A DNA stretch of 64,000 nucleotides from an uncultured Enterobacteriaceae bacterium. GTDB taxonomy: Bacteria > Pseudomonadota > Gammaproteobacteria > Eutrophobiales > Eutrophobiaceae. The notes beneath the pieces are model-generated. The model had not been told where the DNA came from. It did not search any database and worked only from the letters and a program-made list of their open reading frames with translations. Position numbers and translations under genes: made by a program. The stretch is taken from positions 23,000-86,999 of the forward strand of contig CAZGBJ010000007.1 of the NCBI GenBank assembly GCA_964523895.1, read 5' to 3'. Below are positions 19,775 through 28,671 of the stretch, piece by piece. Each line of letters starts with the position of its first letter. Within the stretch, counting starts at the first letter, position 1.

Positions 19775-20296
19775 TTATTCGTTATCAACTTTAATAGGTT
19801 CATTAGGATCGACACCTTCTTTCGGCCCATACTTTTTTACATATTTTGCAATAAGTTTGTCCGCTTCGCCAAGTTCTTCCTCTGAAAGTTTCTCTTTTGC
19901 TTTTTTAATCGCATTCAAAGAGAGTTGGTGCTCGTGTGCTGCGCCGACACTAAACCAGACATAGGCATATTCATAATCATTAGGTAGCCCTCTTCCTTTA
20001 AAATACAAGTTCCCTAGTTTGTATTGAGCCTGGGGAATCCTTTTTTCAGAAGCTTTACGAAACCATTTCCCAGCATTTTTATAATCTTGTTCAACGCCTT
20101 GGCCTTTCATATACATCATACCCATGTAATATTGTGCATAGCCATGGTCTGAAGTTTCAGCAAGTGATTGCATGGTGGTAAATGCTTTGTCGTAATCTCC
20201 CATCATGAAGGCAACAACGCCATCATTGAAATCTGCACGAGCAGGAGAGGCAATTAGTGAAAGTAGTAAGATTAGTAAAGGGCTGATTTTTTTCAT
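19775..20296 (-). CDS. Secreted Sel1/TPR-like repeat protein
   Basis: Signal peptide plus Sel1-like repeats (YxxGxxYxxGxGVxQDxxxAxxWF pattern twice). Confidence 0.6.
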   Translation of the reverse strand: MKKISPLLILLLSLIASPARADFNDGVVAFMMGDYDKAFTTMQSLAETSDHGYAQYYMGMMYMKGQGVEQDYKNAGKWFRKASEKRIPQAQYKLGNLYFKGRGLPNDYEYAYVWFSVGAAHEHQLSLNAIKKAKEKLSEEELGEADKLIAKYVKKYGPKEGVDPNEPIKVDNE

Positions 20297-20456
20297 TATT
20301 AAAAACTCATTAGTTGGTATTAGCTGTTTAACTCTCGTAAAATGCGCCGTTTTCTTCCATGCTAGGGCAGCAATGTTATTGTACTAATTGCTTAGTACAC
20401 AAAAGCGATGAATTGTTTCATGCGGAACGAAAATTGTAAATATTATGAGGGGTTAA

Positions 20457-21473
20457 ATGACTGAATTTAGGGCATTTAGAGTATATAAGGAAGATAATCA
20501 GGTTGTCGGGCGTCTGCAAAGCCTGACATTTGATGATTTAACTCAAGGTGATGTCTTGATAAAGGCGGCATATTCCTCGGTAAATTATAAAGATGCGCTT
20601 GCGGCAACCGGCGCAGGCAAGATAATTCGTGATTTTCCTTGTATTGCTGGTGTGGATGTATCCGGTACTGTAGTCAAATCTCAGGATAAGCGATTCAAGG
20701 AAGGCGATAAAGTTCTTGTGACTGGCTACGATTTTGGCGTAGCTCATGACGGTGGTTATTCCGAATATGTCAGGGTGCCTGCAGAATGGATTGTGCCTTT
20801 GCCTGAATCAATGAGCTTGTTCGAAGCAATGGCGTTAGGTACGGCGGGTTTTACCGCTGCTTTGTGTATACAGCGGCTTGAGGAAAATAATCAAAGTCCG
20901 GAATTGGGGCAATTTATCGTAACTGGCGCGACAGGTGGTGTTGGTAATTTTGCTGTCGATATTATGTCTTCATTAGGCTATGACGTGGTTGCTGTTACCG
21001 GAAAGCAAGATAGTCATGATTTGTTGTTTGAATTAGGTGCGGCTCATGTCTTGGATCGACACAATATTAAGCTTGATGGTCCGCCAATGGAAAAAGGGCA
21101 ATGGGGCGGTGCTATTGATAATGTCGGCGGTGAATTTCTTGCCTGGTTGACCAGAACGACTAATCCCTGGGGAAATATTGCTTCTGTAGGACTGGCAGGA
21201 GGAAGTCAGTTGAATACCACAGTCATGCCTTTTATATTACGCGGCGTCAGTATTCTGGGTATTACTTCTTCAGGCTGCCCAACCGCTTATCGTCAACCGC
21301 TTTGGCAACGATTGGCAAGTGATTTGGCACCAAAACATCTGGATAAGATTGTGACGAATACGATTGGACTGGAAGATTTACCTGAGATATTTGAAAAAAT
21401 GTTGTCGGGTAAAACAACGGGAAGGACTGTTGTTGAAATTAATCCGACAGATCATCATTCCGATGTGAAATAA
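20457..21473 (+). CDS. acuI: YhdH/YhfP-family NADPH:quinone oxidoreductase (acrylyl-CoA reductase AcuI-like)
   Basis: Colinear with E. coli YhdH from memory (SSxNYKDALA, TGxDFGVAHDGG, GTAGFTAALC, VTGAxGGVG, TVMPFILRGV). Confidence 0.75.
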   Translation: MTEFRAFRVYKEDNQVVGRLQSLTFDDLTQGDVLIKAAYSSVNYKDALAATGAGKIIRDFPCIAGVDVSGTVVKSQDKRFKEGDKVLVTGYDFGVAHDGGYSEYVRVPAEWIVPLPESMSLFEAMALGTAGFTAALCIQRLEENNQSPELGQFIVTGATGGVGNFAVDIMSSLGYDVVAVTGKQDSHDLLFELGAAHVLDRHNIKLDGPPMEKGQWGGAIDNVGGEFLAWLTRTTNPWGNIASVGLAGGSQLNTTVMPFILRGVSILGITSSGCPTAYRQPLWQRLASDLAPKHLDKIVTNTIGLEDLPEIFEKMLSGKTTGRTVVEINPTDHHSDVK

Positions 21474-21524
21474 ATTGGAAAAAGCTATACTAATTATATA
21501 CAAATAATATGCTTCAGGTGATAT

Positions 21525-21746
21525 ATGAAACAAAGACTTACTGCAATTATTGAGCGCGAAGGTGATGACTATGTCGCATTGTGTCCGGAATTGGATATTG
21601 CCAGTCAGGGAGAAACCATCGAGGCCGCAAGGGAGAACCTACGTGAAGCGCTGGAATTGTTTTTTGAGACTGCGTCTAGTCAGGAGCTTTCAGCACGCTT
21701 ACATTCAGAAGTTTATGTGACACAGCTTGAGGTAGCCATTGGGTAA
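21525..21746 (+). CDS. hicB: HicB-family antitoxin (small UPF0150-type)
   Basis: 73-aa protein with YVALCPELDIASQGETIEAARENLREALELF, typical of short HicB. The hicA-like remnant follows directly. Confidence 0.6.
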   Translation: MKQRLTAIIEREGDDYVALCPELDIASQGETIEAARENLREALELFFETASSQELSARLHSEVYVTQLEVAIG

Positions 21747-21964
21747 ACTGAAGGTATTATCCGATAAAGCTGTATGTCAGATTCTTAAGCAACATACATT
21801 TCGTTGAAGTGCGAAGACGTGGCAGTCATGTTGTAATGCAAAGACAAAACTCTCTCGAAGAAACAATCACTGTGCCAGTGCCAAATCATAAAGAACTTCG
21901 TATTGGTACGTTATTATCAATCATTAGACAATCAGGATTATCCAGAGGCAAATTTGAAACCTAA
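21739..21964 (+). pseudogene. hicA: hicA-like mRNA-interferase toxin gene disrupted by a frameshift near nt 21800. Possible TTG start overlaps the hicB stop. The C-terminal half continues in the +1 frame.
   Basis: Frame A gives (L)GKLKVLSDKAVCQILKQHTF then a stop. The +1 frame continues [38 protein letters not shown], the HicA core (RGSHxxxxxP...IGTLxSIxKQxGL). Neither half has an ATG. Confidence 0.55.
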
Positions 21965-23354
21965 AACACTTTACGACAAACTTTGGCATGATCATATCGT
22001 GCATGATTATGGAGATGGCACGGCATTAATTTATATTGACCGCCATCTTATCCATGAAGTTACCTCACCTCAGGCTTTTGAAGGGCTCAAACTGGCTGGT
22101 CGACAGCCCTGGCGTTTAAATACGAATTTGGCTGTGCCTGATCATAATGTTCCAACGGTTAATCGTGAGGTGATTGAAGATCCTGTTTCAAAACTTCAAC
22201 TTGAAACATTGGATGCCAATTGTAAGGAAACCGGCATTACCAAATTCGATATGTTTGATCCAAGACAAGGTATTGTTCATGTTATAGGACCTGAGCAAGG
22301 TGCTTCTTTACCGGGCATGACCATTGTTTGTGGAGATTCTCATACGTCAACTAATGGTGCATTGGGCGCAATGGCATTTGGCATAGGGACTTCTGAAGTT
22401 GAGCATGTGCTTGCAACACAATGTTTAGTGCTTAAGAAAGCCATGAATATGTTGATTAAAGTTAATGGGCAAGTTGGCAAAGGCATTACAGCTAAAGATA
22501 TTGTGCTTGCCATTATTGGTGAAATTGGCACAGCAGGTGGAACCGGTTACACGATTGAGTTTGCCGGTGATGCTATTCGGGCTTTATCAATGGAAGGTCG
22601 GATGACAGTTTGTAATATGGGTATCGAAGCGGGTGCGCGTGTTGGACTAATCGCTGTTGATCAAAAGACCCTGGATTATGTCGAAGGACGTCCTTATTCT
22701 CCGAAAGGTGACGAGTGGGAGTGTGCTGTTGAATTATGGCGTGAACTAAAAAGTGATGATGATGCCCATTTTGATAAAATTGTAGAACTTGATGCCGCAA
22801 AAATAGAACCACAAGTTACCTGGGGTACTTCTCCGGAAATGGTGGTACCTGTTAATGATGCTGTTCCCAATCCTGCGGAAGCAGATAATGATGTTAAGCG
22901 TGAAGGTATTGAGAACGCTTTGAAGTATATGGATTTAATATCAGGTACTCCGATTACTGATATCAAAATTGATAAAGTGTTCATCGGTTCATGTACAAAT
23001 TCTCGTATTGAAGACTTACGTGAAGCGGCGGCAGTAGTGAAAGGTAAAAAAGTAGCGAGTAATGTTAAGTTGGCTATGGTGGTTCCTGGTTCCGGTTTAG
23101 TTAAACAACAAGCGGAAGACGAAGGTTTGCAAGATATTTTTATTGAATCAGGATTTGAATGGCGTGAACCCGGTTGTTCGATGTGTTTAGGCATGAATCC
23201 GGATCAGCTTGAGCCCGGTGAACGATGTGCTTCGACTTCAAACAGAAACTTTGAAGGCCGGCAGGGAGAAGGTGGGCGTACACATCTTGTTAGTCCAGGC
23301 ATGGCTGCGGCGGCAGGCATTGCCGGTCATTTTGTCGATGTAAGAAAACTCTGA
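21954..23354 (+). CDS. leuC: 3-isopropylmalate dehydratase large subunit. Likely TTG start ([16 protein letters not shown]).
   Basis: Aconitase-family motifs and the LeuC N-terminus [13 protein letters not shown]. The supplied ORF starts at 21903, inside the hicA remnant, with no ATG near the conserved N-terminus. TTG at 21954 is in frame. Confidence 0.8.
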   Translation: MKPKTLYDKLWHDHIVHDYGDGTALIYIDRHLIHEVTSPQAFEGLKLAGRQPWRLNTNLAVPDHNVPTVNREVIEDPVSKLQLETLDANCKETGITKFDMFDPRQGIVHVIGPEQGASLPGMTIVCGDSHTSTNGALGAMAFGIGTSEVEHVLATQCLVLKKAMNMLIKVNGQVGKGITAKDIVLAIIGEIGTAGGTGYTIEFAGDAIRALSMEGRMTVCNMGIEAGARVGLIAVDQKTLDYVEGRPYSPKGDEWECAVELWRELKSDDDAHFDKIVELDAAKIEPQVTWGTSPEMVVPVNDAVPNPAEADNDVKREGIENALKYMDLISGTPITDIKIDKVFIGSCTNSRIEDLREAAAVVKGKKVASNVKLAMVVPGSGLVKQQAEDEGLQDIFIESGFEWREPGCSMCLGMNPDQLEPGERCASTSNRNFEGRQGEGGRTHLVSPGMAAAAGIAGHFVDVRKL

Positions 23355-23360
23355 GGAATA

Positions 23361-24008
23361 GTGATGGAAAAATTTAATACATTTACCGGAGTCATCGCAC
23401 CGTTGGATAGGTCCAATGTTGATACGGATGCGATTATTCCAAAGCAATTCCTAAAGTCGATTAAACGAAGTGGTTTTGGTCCTAATTTGTTTGATGCCTG
23501 GCGATACCTTGATTCAACTAACAGTGAAAATGGAACGAGAAAAATCAATTCTAATTTTGTGTTAAATCAATCACCTTATGATAAAGCCGAAATATTATTA
23601 GCCAGAGAAAATTTTGGTTGTGGTTCGTCAAGAGAACATGCGGTATGGGCAATGACGGATTTTGGTTTTAAAGTTGTGTTAGCGCCCAGCTTTGGCGATA
23701 TCTTTTATAGTAATTCATTCAAAAATGGTTTTTTACCAATTAGATTAAAGTCAGAAGAAATTGATTCTTTATTTAATTCTGTTCAATCAAATAATGGTTT
23801 TAAAGTAACGATTAATCTAGATGAACAATTTGTAGAAACTCAGGAAAAAGAAAGGCTTGAGTTTGATGTTGACTCAGGGTTGAAAGAACGCTTGCTTAAA
23901 GGTTTAGATGATATCGGACTTACTTTAGCTCATGCAGACGAAATTCGTGAATATGAACAGAGCAGGGCAAAGATAACTCCCTGGTTATTTAAAGAACTGT
24001 CAGCATAG
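23361..24008 (+). CDS. leuD: 3-isopropylmalate dehydratase small subunit
   Basis: LeuD N-terminus FxxxTGxxAPLDRxNVDTDxIIPKQFLK. Immediately downstream of leuC. Confidence 0.85.
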   Translation: MMEKFNTFTGVIAPLDRSNVDTDAIIPKQFLKSIKRSGFGPNLFDAWRYLDSTNSENGTRKINSNFVLNQSPYDKAEILLARENFGCGSSREHAVWAMTDFGFKVVLAPSFGDIFYSNSFKNGFLPIRLKSEEIDSLFNSVQSNNGFKVTINLDEQFVETQEKERLEFDVDSGLKERLLKGLDDIGLTLAHADEIREYEQSRAKITPWLFKELSA

Positions 24009-24033
24009 CTAAAAGATAGCCTGATTATCAGTT

Positions 24034-24867
24034 ATGACGAAAGAAAACTATGATTCGAATGTCATTGATGATTTTGGCGATGAGTGGGCTGCATACGATC
24101 AATCTTCAGTAAACCATGACGAACTGGAAAAACAATTTTTAGATTACTTTAAATTATTTTCATGGAATGAAAATATCACAAATGGTATGGGTGCTGATTT
24201 TGGTTGTGGTTCAGGTCGGTGGGCAAGGTTTGTCGCGGATAAAGTCGATTCACTCATATGTATTGATGCGAGTGATAAAGCAGTTAATGTTGCTAAAAAG
24301 AATCTGGCAGACAAGAGTAATTGCCGCGTTATGCAAGCTAAAGTAGGAGAGTTGCCGATTCCAGATAATTCATTGGACTTTGCTTATTCTTTAGGTGTGC
24401 TGCATCATTTGCCTGATACGGCTGAAGCAATAAAGAATTGTAGTAATAAATTAAAATCCGGCGCGCCTTTTTTAATCTATCTTTATTATGCCTTTGATAA
24501 TCGCCCAAAATGGTTTTCTTTAATCTGGAAATGTTCGGATATTTTTAGAAGAATCATTTCCAGGATGCCTTTTTCTATTAAATACCCGTTGAGTAATATC
24601 ATTGCTGCCGTTGTTTATTATCCATTAGCAAGATTGACTTTGTTGGCTGAGAAAATGGGAGTAGATATAAAAAATGTACCGTTAACTGAATATCGCGCCA
24701 AAAGTTTTTACACAATGAGAACCGATGCACTTGATCGATTTGGAACTCGACTGGAAAATCGATTTACTCAAATTCAAATAAAAAAGATGATGGAAGATGC
24801 AGGACTGATTGATATTCAGTTTTCCGATATTGCGCCGTATTGGTGTGCCATAGGAACCAAACTTTAA
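24034..24867 (+). CDS. Class I SAM-dependent methyltransferase
   Basis: Motif I DFGCGSGRW and an acidic motif II region. Methyltransf_11-like. Confidence 0.6.
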   Translation: MTKENYDSNVIDDFGDEWAAYDQSSVNHDELEKQFLDYFKLFSWNENITNGMGADFGCGSGRWARFVADKVDSLICIDASDKAVNVAKKNLADKSNCRVMQAKVGELPIPDNSLDFAYSLGVLHHLPDTAEAIKNCSNKLKSGAPFLIYLYYAFDNRPKWFSLIWKCSDIFRRIISRMPFSIKYPLSNIIAAVVYYPLARLTLLAEKMGVDIKNVPLTEYRAKSFYTMRTDALDRFGTRLENRFTQIQIKKMMEDAGLIDIQFSDIAPYWCAIGTKL

Positions 24868-24885
24868 AATTTATATAAAATAATA

Positions 24886-26289
24886 ATGACAATGAAGACA
24901 CGCTTTGCGCCTAGCCCTACGGGTTTATTACATATTGGTGGTATCCGTACGGCTTTATTTTCCTGGTTAGTTGCAAAACATAATAGTGGAAAGTTTGTTT
25001 TACGGATTGAAGACACGGATCGTGAACGTTCTACTGATGAAGCGGTTGAGGTTATTCTTGATGGAATGAAATGGTTAGGTCTGGATCATGATGAAGGGCC
25101 TTTTTATCAGACTCAGAGATTTGATCGATATACAGAAGTGATCGAACAATTATTAGAAGCAGGGCATGCTTATCGTTGTACTTGTTCGAAGGATAGAGTC
25201 GAGAAGATCAGAAATGAGGCGATGTCTCGTGGTGATAAACCACGATACGATGGTCATTGTCGAGCATTAACCCTGACTGATAGTAATTCAGTTATTCGTT
25301 TTAAGACTCCCACAGACGGACAGGTTATAGTCGATGACCGAGTGCAAGGAAAAGTTGTTTTTGAAAATAGCGAGTTAGATGACTTAATTATTGCGCGATC
25401 AGATGGAACGCCAACCTATAATTTAACCGTCGTTGTTGATGATATGGATATGGAAATAACCGATATCATTCGTGGTGATGATCATCTGAATAATACGCCA
25501 AGACAAATAAACATATTAAAAGCCCTGGGCGTACAAATACCTTATTATGCGCATATTCCTATGATACTTGGACCTGATGGAAAAAAATTATCGAAACGCG
25601 ATGGCGCGGCAAGTGTATTGCAATATCGAGAAGATGGCTATTTACCAGAAGCGTTATTAAATTATCTGGTTAGACTTGGTTGGTCAAAAGAGGATCAGGA
25701 AATATTTAGTATTGAAGAAATGATTTCTGAATTCGATATTAAAGATGTTAATAAATCAGCTTCAAGCATTAATCCTGATAAATTGCTTTGGTTAAATCAA
25801 CATTATTTGAAGAATGCGGAAAATACATCGTTGGTTGAGCCACTAGCTGAACTATTTAAAGTAATGGATTTATCAACAGATGTTGGTCCTGATTTAGAAG
25901 AATTGATTGATGTACAGAAACATCGCACCGAAACGTTAAAGGATATGGCGGAACAAAGTGTGCTTTTCTATCAAGATTTTGATGAATATGCTGAAAAAGC
26001 GGCAAAGAAGCATTTGCGCCCAGTGATACTAGAACCACTACAGGCACTTTATGAGTCGTTGAAGGATATCAATGACTGGAGTAATGAGAATATTAAAGGG
26101 GCTATTGAACAAACGGCGGAAAAGTTCGAGATGAAAATGGGTAAATTGGCTCAACCGTTACGAGTTGCTGTTACAGGCACCGGTATTTCCCCTAGCATTG
26201 ATGATACTTTGCACTTGTTAGGACAACAGAGAAGTCTGGGCAGATTACGCAAAGGCATTGAATTTATTGAGGATCGTAGTTCATCTTGA
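24886..26289 (+). CDS. gltX: Glutamyl-tRNA synthetase
   Basis: TRFAPSPTGxLHIGG (HIGH) and KLSKRDG (KMSKS) motifs. Colinear with E. coli GltX. Confidence 0.9.
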   Translation: MTMKTRFAPSPTGLLHIGGIRTALFSWLVAKHNSGKFVLRIEDTDRERSTDEAVEVILDGMKWLGLDHDEGPFYQTQRFDRYTEVIEQLLEAGHAYRCTCSKDRVEKIRNEAMSRGDKPRYDGHCRALTLTDSNSVIRFKTPTDGQVIVDDRVQGKVVFENSELDDLIIARSDGTPTYNLTVVVDDMDMEITDIIRGDDHLNNTPRQINILKALGVQIPYYAHIPMILGPDGKKLSKRDGAASVLQYREDGYLPEALLNYLVRLGWSKEDQEIFSIEEMISEFDIKDVNKSASSINPDKLLWLNQHYLKNAENTSLVEPLAELFKVMDLSTDVGPDLEELIDVQKHRTETLKDMAEQSVLFYQDFDEYAEKAAKKHLRPVILEPLQALYESLKDINDWSNENIKGAIEQTAEKFEMKMGKLAQPLRVAVTGTGISPSIDDTLHLLGQQRSLGRLRKGIEFIEDRSSS

Positions 26290-26346
26290 CAGGTTTCAGG
26301 CTCTCAAGTAGAGTCCGCCGTCTTGTTGAGATTAGCAGTTTTATTT

Positions 26347-26422
26347 GGGGCTATAGCTCAGCTGGGAGAGCGCTTGCGTGGCACGCAAGAGGTCGGCGGT
26401 TCGATCCCGCCTAGCTCCACCA
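26347..26422 (+). tRNA. tRNA-Ala (anticodon GGC)
   Basis: 76-nt sequence GGGGCTATAGCTCAGCTGGGAGAGCGC...GGC...TCGATCCCGCCTAGCTCCACCA is near-identical to E. coli tRNA-Ala(GGC). Ends in encoded CCA. Confidence 0.9.
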
Positions 26423-26467
26423 ATATATATTTTAAGTAGGCTGTTTTTCAGGACATATACAAATATT

Positions 26468-26543
26468 GTCCCCATCGTCTAGAGGCCTAGGACACTGCCC
26501 TTTCACGGCGGCAACAGGGGTTCGAATCCCCTTGGGGACGCCA
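26468..26543 (+). tRNA. tRNA-Glu (anticodon UUC)
   Basis: GTCCCCATCGTCTAGAGGCCTAGGACACTGCCCTTTCACGGCGGCAACAGGGGTTCGAATCCCCTTGGGGACGCCA matches the E. coli tRNA-Glu scaffold. Ends in CCA. Confidence 0.9.
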
Positions 26544-26549
26544 ATATTA

Positions 26550-26577
26550 AAAAAGCAGCTTTATAGCTGTTTTTTTA
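26550..26577 (+). terminator. Rho-independent terminator after the tRNA pair
   Basis: AAAAAGCAGCT-TTAT-AGCTG followed by a T7 run. Confidence 0.6.
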
Positions 26578-26675
26578 ATATTGATTTATTAAACGATGAG
26601 AACCAGTTCGACAAATTTGTCAGGAACAAATTTGAACGGTCGAAGACCGGCCCGCAGGGTGGAGCACATGGAAGT

Positions 26676-26701
26676 GCGAAATAATCCCCTTGGGGACGCC
26701 A
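26676..26701 (+). repeat. Direct repeat of the 3-prime end of tRNA-Glu (19 nt identical, aatccccttggggacgcca, plus a 3-nt-interrupted T-loop piece). Att-site-like remnant.
   Basis: nt 26683-26701 are identical to nt 26525-26543 of tRNA-Glu. The preceding cgaaATAat matches cgaat of the T-loop apart from a 3-nt insertion. Confidence 0.7.
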
Positions 26702-26706
26702 TACAT

Positions 26707-26732
26707 AAAGCCCACGTATATGTGGGCTTTTT
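26707..26732 (+). terminator. Rho-independent terminator, possibly bidirectional for the convergent XRE gene
   Basis: AAAGCCCAC-GTATAT-GTGGGCTTTTT, a 6-9 bp stem with a T-run. Confidence 0.6.
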
Positions 26733-26762
26733 AATTTAGTAATTTATAGTTCAGTTCTTCCT

Positions 26763-27125
26763 CTAAGCCATTGCCTGATTTGTGGTAGTTAGGGTAAACA
26801 CATGACGTTTGCCGATAGTCTTGGTTTCCAGTCTATGTCCAAGGCGAACAAATTTATCCATTAAATAATCAATAGTGTATTGATCAAATTTTGTTGGGCT
26901 ACAAATAGCGCTGACTTCTGGTTGTTTAATGCCGAGAATTTCTGCGGCTTTTGCCTGAGTCAGTTTGTGCTTCTTCAAATGTGTTCGAATAGCACAAGAC
27001 AGGTCAGCCTTAACCTTCAGCACTGCTGCAGTTCCATCATCGAAACCGATGTCTTTGAAGACGTTGCCGGATGATGAGGTCATTTTACTTATGTTTTTCA
27101 TGTCTTTACTCTCTTTTGTGGTCAC
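26763..27125 (-). CDS. XRE-family HTH protein (HigA/antitoxin-like). The true start may be the internal Met at 27083.
   Basis: NVFKDIGFDD ... LTQAKAAEILGIKQPEVSAI HTH_XRE pattern, as in HigA2-type antitoxins. No toxin partner ORF is visible upstream. Confidence 0.55.
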   Translation of the reverse strand: MTTKESKDMKNISKMTSSSGNVFKDIGFDDGTAAVLKVKADLSCAIRTHLKKHKLTQAKAAEILGIKQPEVSAICSPTKFDQYTIDYLMDKFVRLGHRLETKTIGKRHVFTLTTTNQAMA

Positions 27126-27210
27126 ACTTACGGCCGCTGACCTAGCTACTGTTTCAGTATATTTTCAATCTCATTCTTAGAGTCTTATGGAAATATTAAT
27201 ATTTAAGGGT

Positions 27211-27530
27211 CTTCAGCAGAATCTGTGGGTTAACAAGAAAAGTATTTTTGAAAACTTGAACAAATAAAATAAGTTAGGTGTTAAATGGGCTGTTTTATTT
27301 CTGTACTCGTATTTAACGGACAATTAAAAAGTTCCGTCATTCCGGGCTTGACCCGGAATCCAGTTAAACAAGCAGTACGTCCACATTATGTTGATAATAA
27401 CGTATTGAATTTTAGAGGATGTTTTATCTATTTAAAACTTTACCTAAAGATGTTATCCACTGGATTCCGGGTCAAGCCCGGAATGACGGGGTATTATTTT
27501 CATAATATCTACCCACAGATTCTGCTGAAG
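27211..27530. repeat. Roughly 320-bp nested inverted-repeat element (MITE-like or compound REP). Outer 20-bp perfect TIRs are 27211-27230 and 27511-27530. Inner 30-bp perfect IRs are 27334-27363 and 27460-27489, and each is itself an 8-bp-stem hairpin.
   Basis: CTTCAGCAGAATCTGTGGGT vs ACCCACAGATTCTGCTGAAG are exact reverse complements. TCCGTCATTCCGGGCTTGACCCGGAATCCAG and its exact reverse complement lie 96 bp apart. Only a spurious 86-aa ORF lies inside. Confidence 0.6.
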
Positions 27531-27663
27531 AGCCATATTTTATAGCATATTGAATGCGTTTTAACCGTGTTTATTATTTTGCTATTATCAGTTTTATAGT
27601 ATTATAGCTATAGTACATTTCTTATCTTTTCTTAAATTCAATTTCTTGATTTCTATCATATAA

Positions 27664-28671
27664 ATGAGAATACTCATCACAGGTGCCGCAGGATTTATCG
27701 GTTTTCATACTTCTCAGTATTTACTTAATCGAGGTGATTCAGTAATAGGTATTGATAATCTCAATGACTATTATGATCCTTCATTAAAAGAAGCACGTTT
27801 ATCTCAATTAAAAAACAACAGTAATTTCAGTTTCCATAAAATAGATATTATCGATAAAGATGCCGTCGATAATGTGTTTAAATCAGAGTCTCCTGATTAT
27901 ATCATTCATCTGGCTGCTCAGGCAGGAGTTCGCTATTCATTAAAAAACCCTTACGCATATATTGACTCAAATATTACGGGATTTATGAATATCCTTGAAG
28001 CTTGCCGGCATAATCCGGTTAAACATCTGACATTCGCTTCTTCCAGTTCTGTTTATGGTTCAAATACACGAATGCCTTTTAGTGTAAATGATAATGTTGA
28101 CCACCCACTTTCATTATACGCAGCGACAAAAAAATCAAATGAGTTAATGGCACACACATATAGTCATTTATATAATATCCCTGTTAGCGGCTTACGATTT
28201 TTTACTGTCTATGGTCCATGGGGAAGACCTGATATGGCATTATTCATATTTACTAAAAAAATACTAAATGGTGAAAGAATAGATGTATTTAATAATGGAC
28301 AGCATAAACGTGACTTTACTTATATTGATGATATTGTAGAAGGTGTCGTTCGTGTTTCTGACAATATTGCTATCAGTAATCCTGATTGGAATAGCGATAA
28401 CCCTGACCCTGCCACAAGTAAAGCACCTTATCGTTTATATAATATTGGTAATAACAAACCGGTTGAGTTGATGTATTTCATTGAGCTAATTGAAAAGAAT
28501 CTCGATAAAAAAGCGGATAAAAATTATTTGCCACTGCAACCTGGTGATGTGCCTGAGACTTATGCCAATGTTGATGCACTAATTGATTATGTTGATTATT
28601 CTCCGTCAACTTCGATTGAATCAGGTATAGAGAATTTTATAAAGTGGTATAAGGATTATTATAAAGTATGA
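27664..28671 (+). CDS. NAD-dependent nucleotide-sugar epimerase, Cap1J/WbnF-like UDP-glucuronate 4-epimerase
   Basis: [11 protein letters not shown], YxxxK (YAATK) and [13 protein letters not shown] are typical of UDP-GlcA 4-epimerases. Confidence 0.65.
   Translation: MRILITGAAGFIGFHTSQYLLNRGDSVIGIDNLNDYYDPSLKEARLSQLKNNSNFSFHKIDIIDKDAVDNVFKSESPDYIIHLAAQAGVRYSLKNPYAYIDSNITGFMNILEACRHNPVKHLTFASSSSVYGSNTRMPFSVNDNVDHPLSLYAATKKSNELMAHTYSHLYNIPVSGLRFFTVYGPWGRPDMALFIFTKKILNGERIDVFNNGQHKRDFTYIDDIVEGVVRVSDNIAISNPDWNSDNPDPATSKAPYRLYNIGNNKPVELMYFIELIEKNLDKKADKNYLPLQPGDVPETYANVDALIDYVDYSPSTSIESGIENFIKWYKDYYKV

Noticed and set aside
21903-21953. ATG start at 21903 proposed by the ORF track for leuC
   Set aside because: It would add 17 residues ([17 protein letters not shown]) with no LeuC counterpart, and it lies within the hicA remnant. 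The conserved LeuC N-terminus begins at the TTG at 21954.
26466-26684. 72-aa ORF on the plus strand beginning inside tRNA-Glu
   Set aside because: It overlaps the tRNA and terminator, has no RBS, and translates tRNA sequence. It is an artefact of ORF calling.
27285-27545. 86-aa ORF inside the nested inverted-repeat element
   Set aside because: Its sequence is dictated by the palindromic arms (GIPGLTRNP... and its mirror). There is no start context. It is more likely non-coding repeat DNA.
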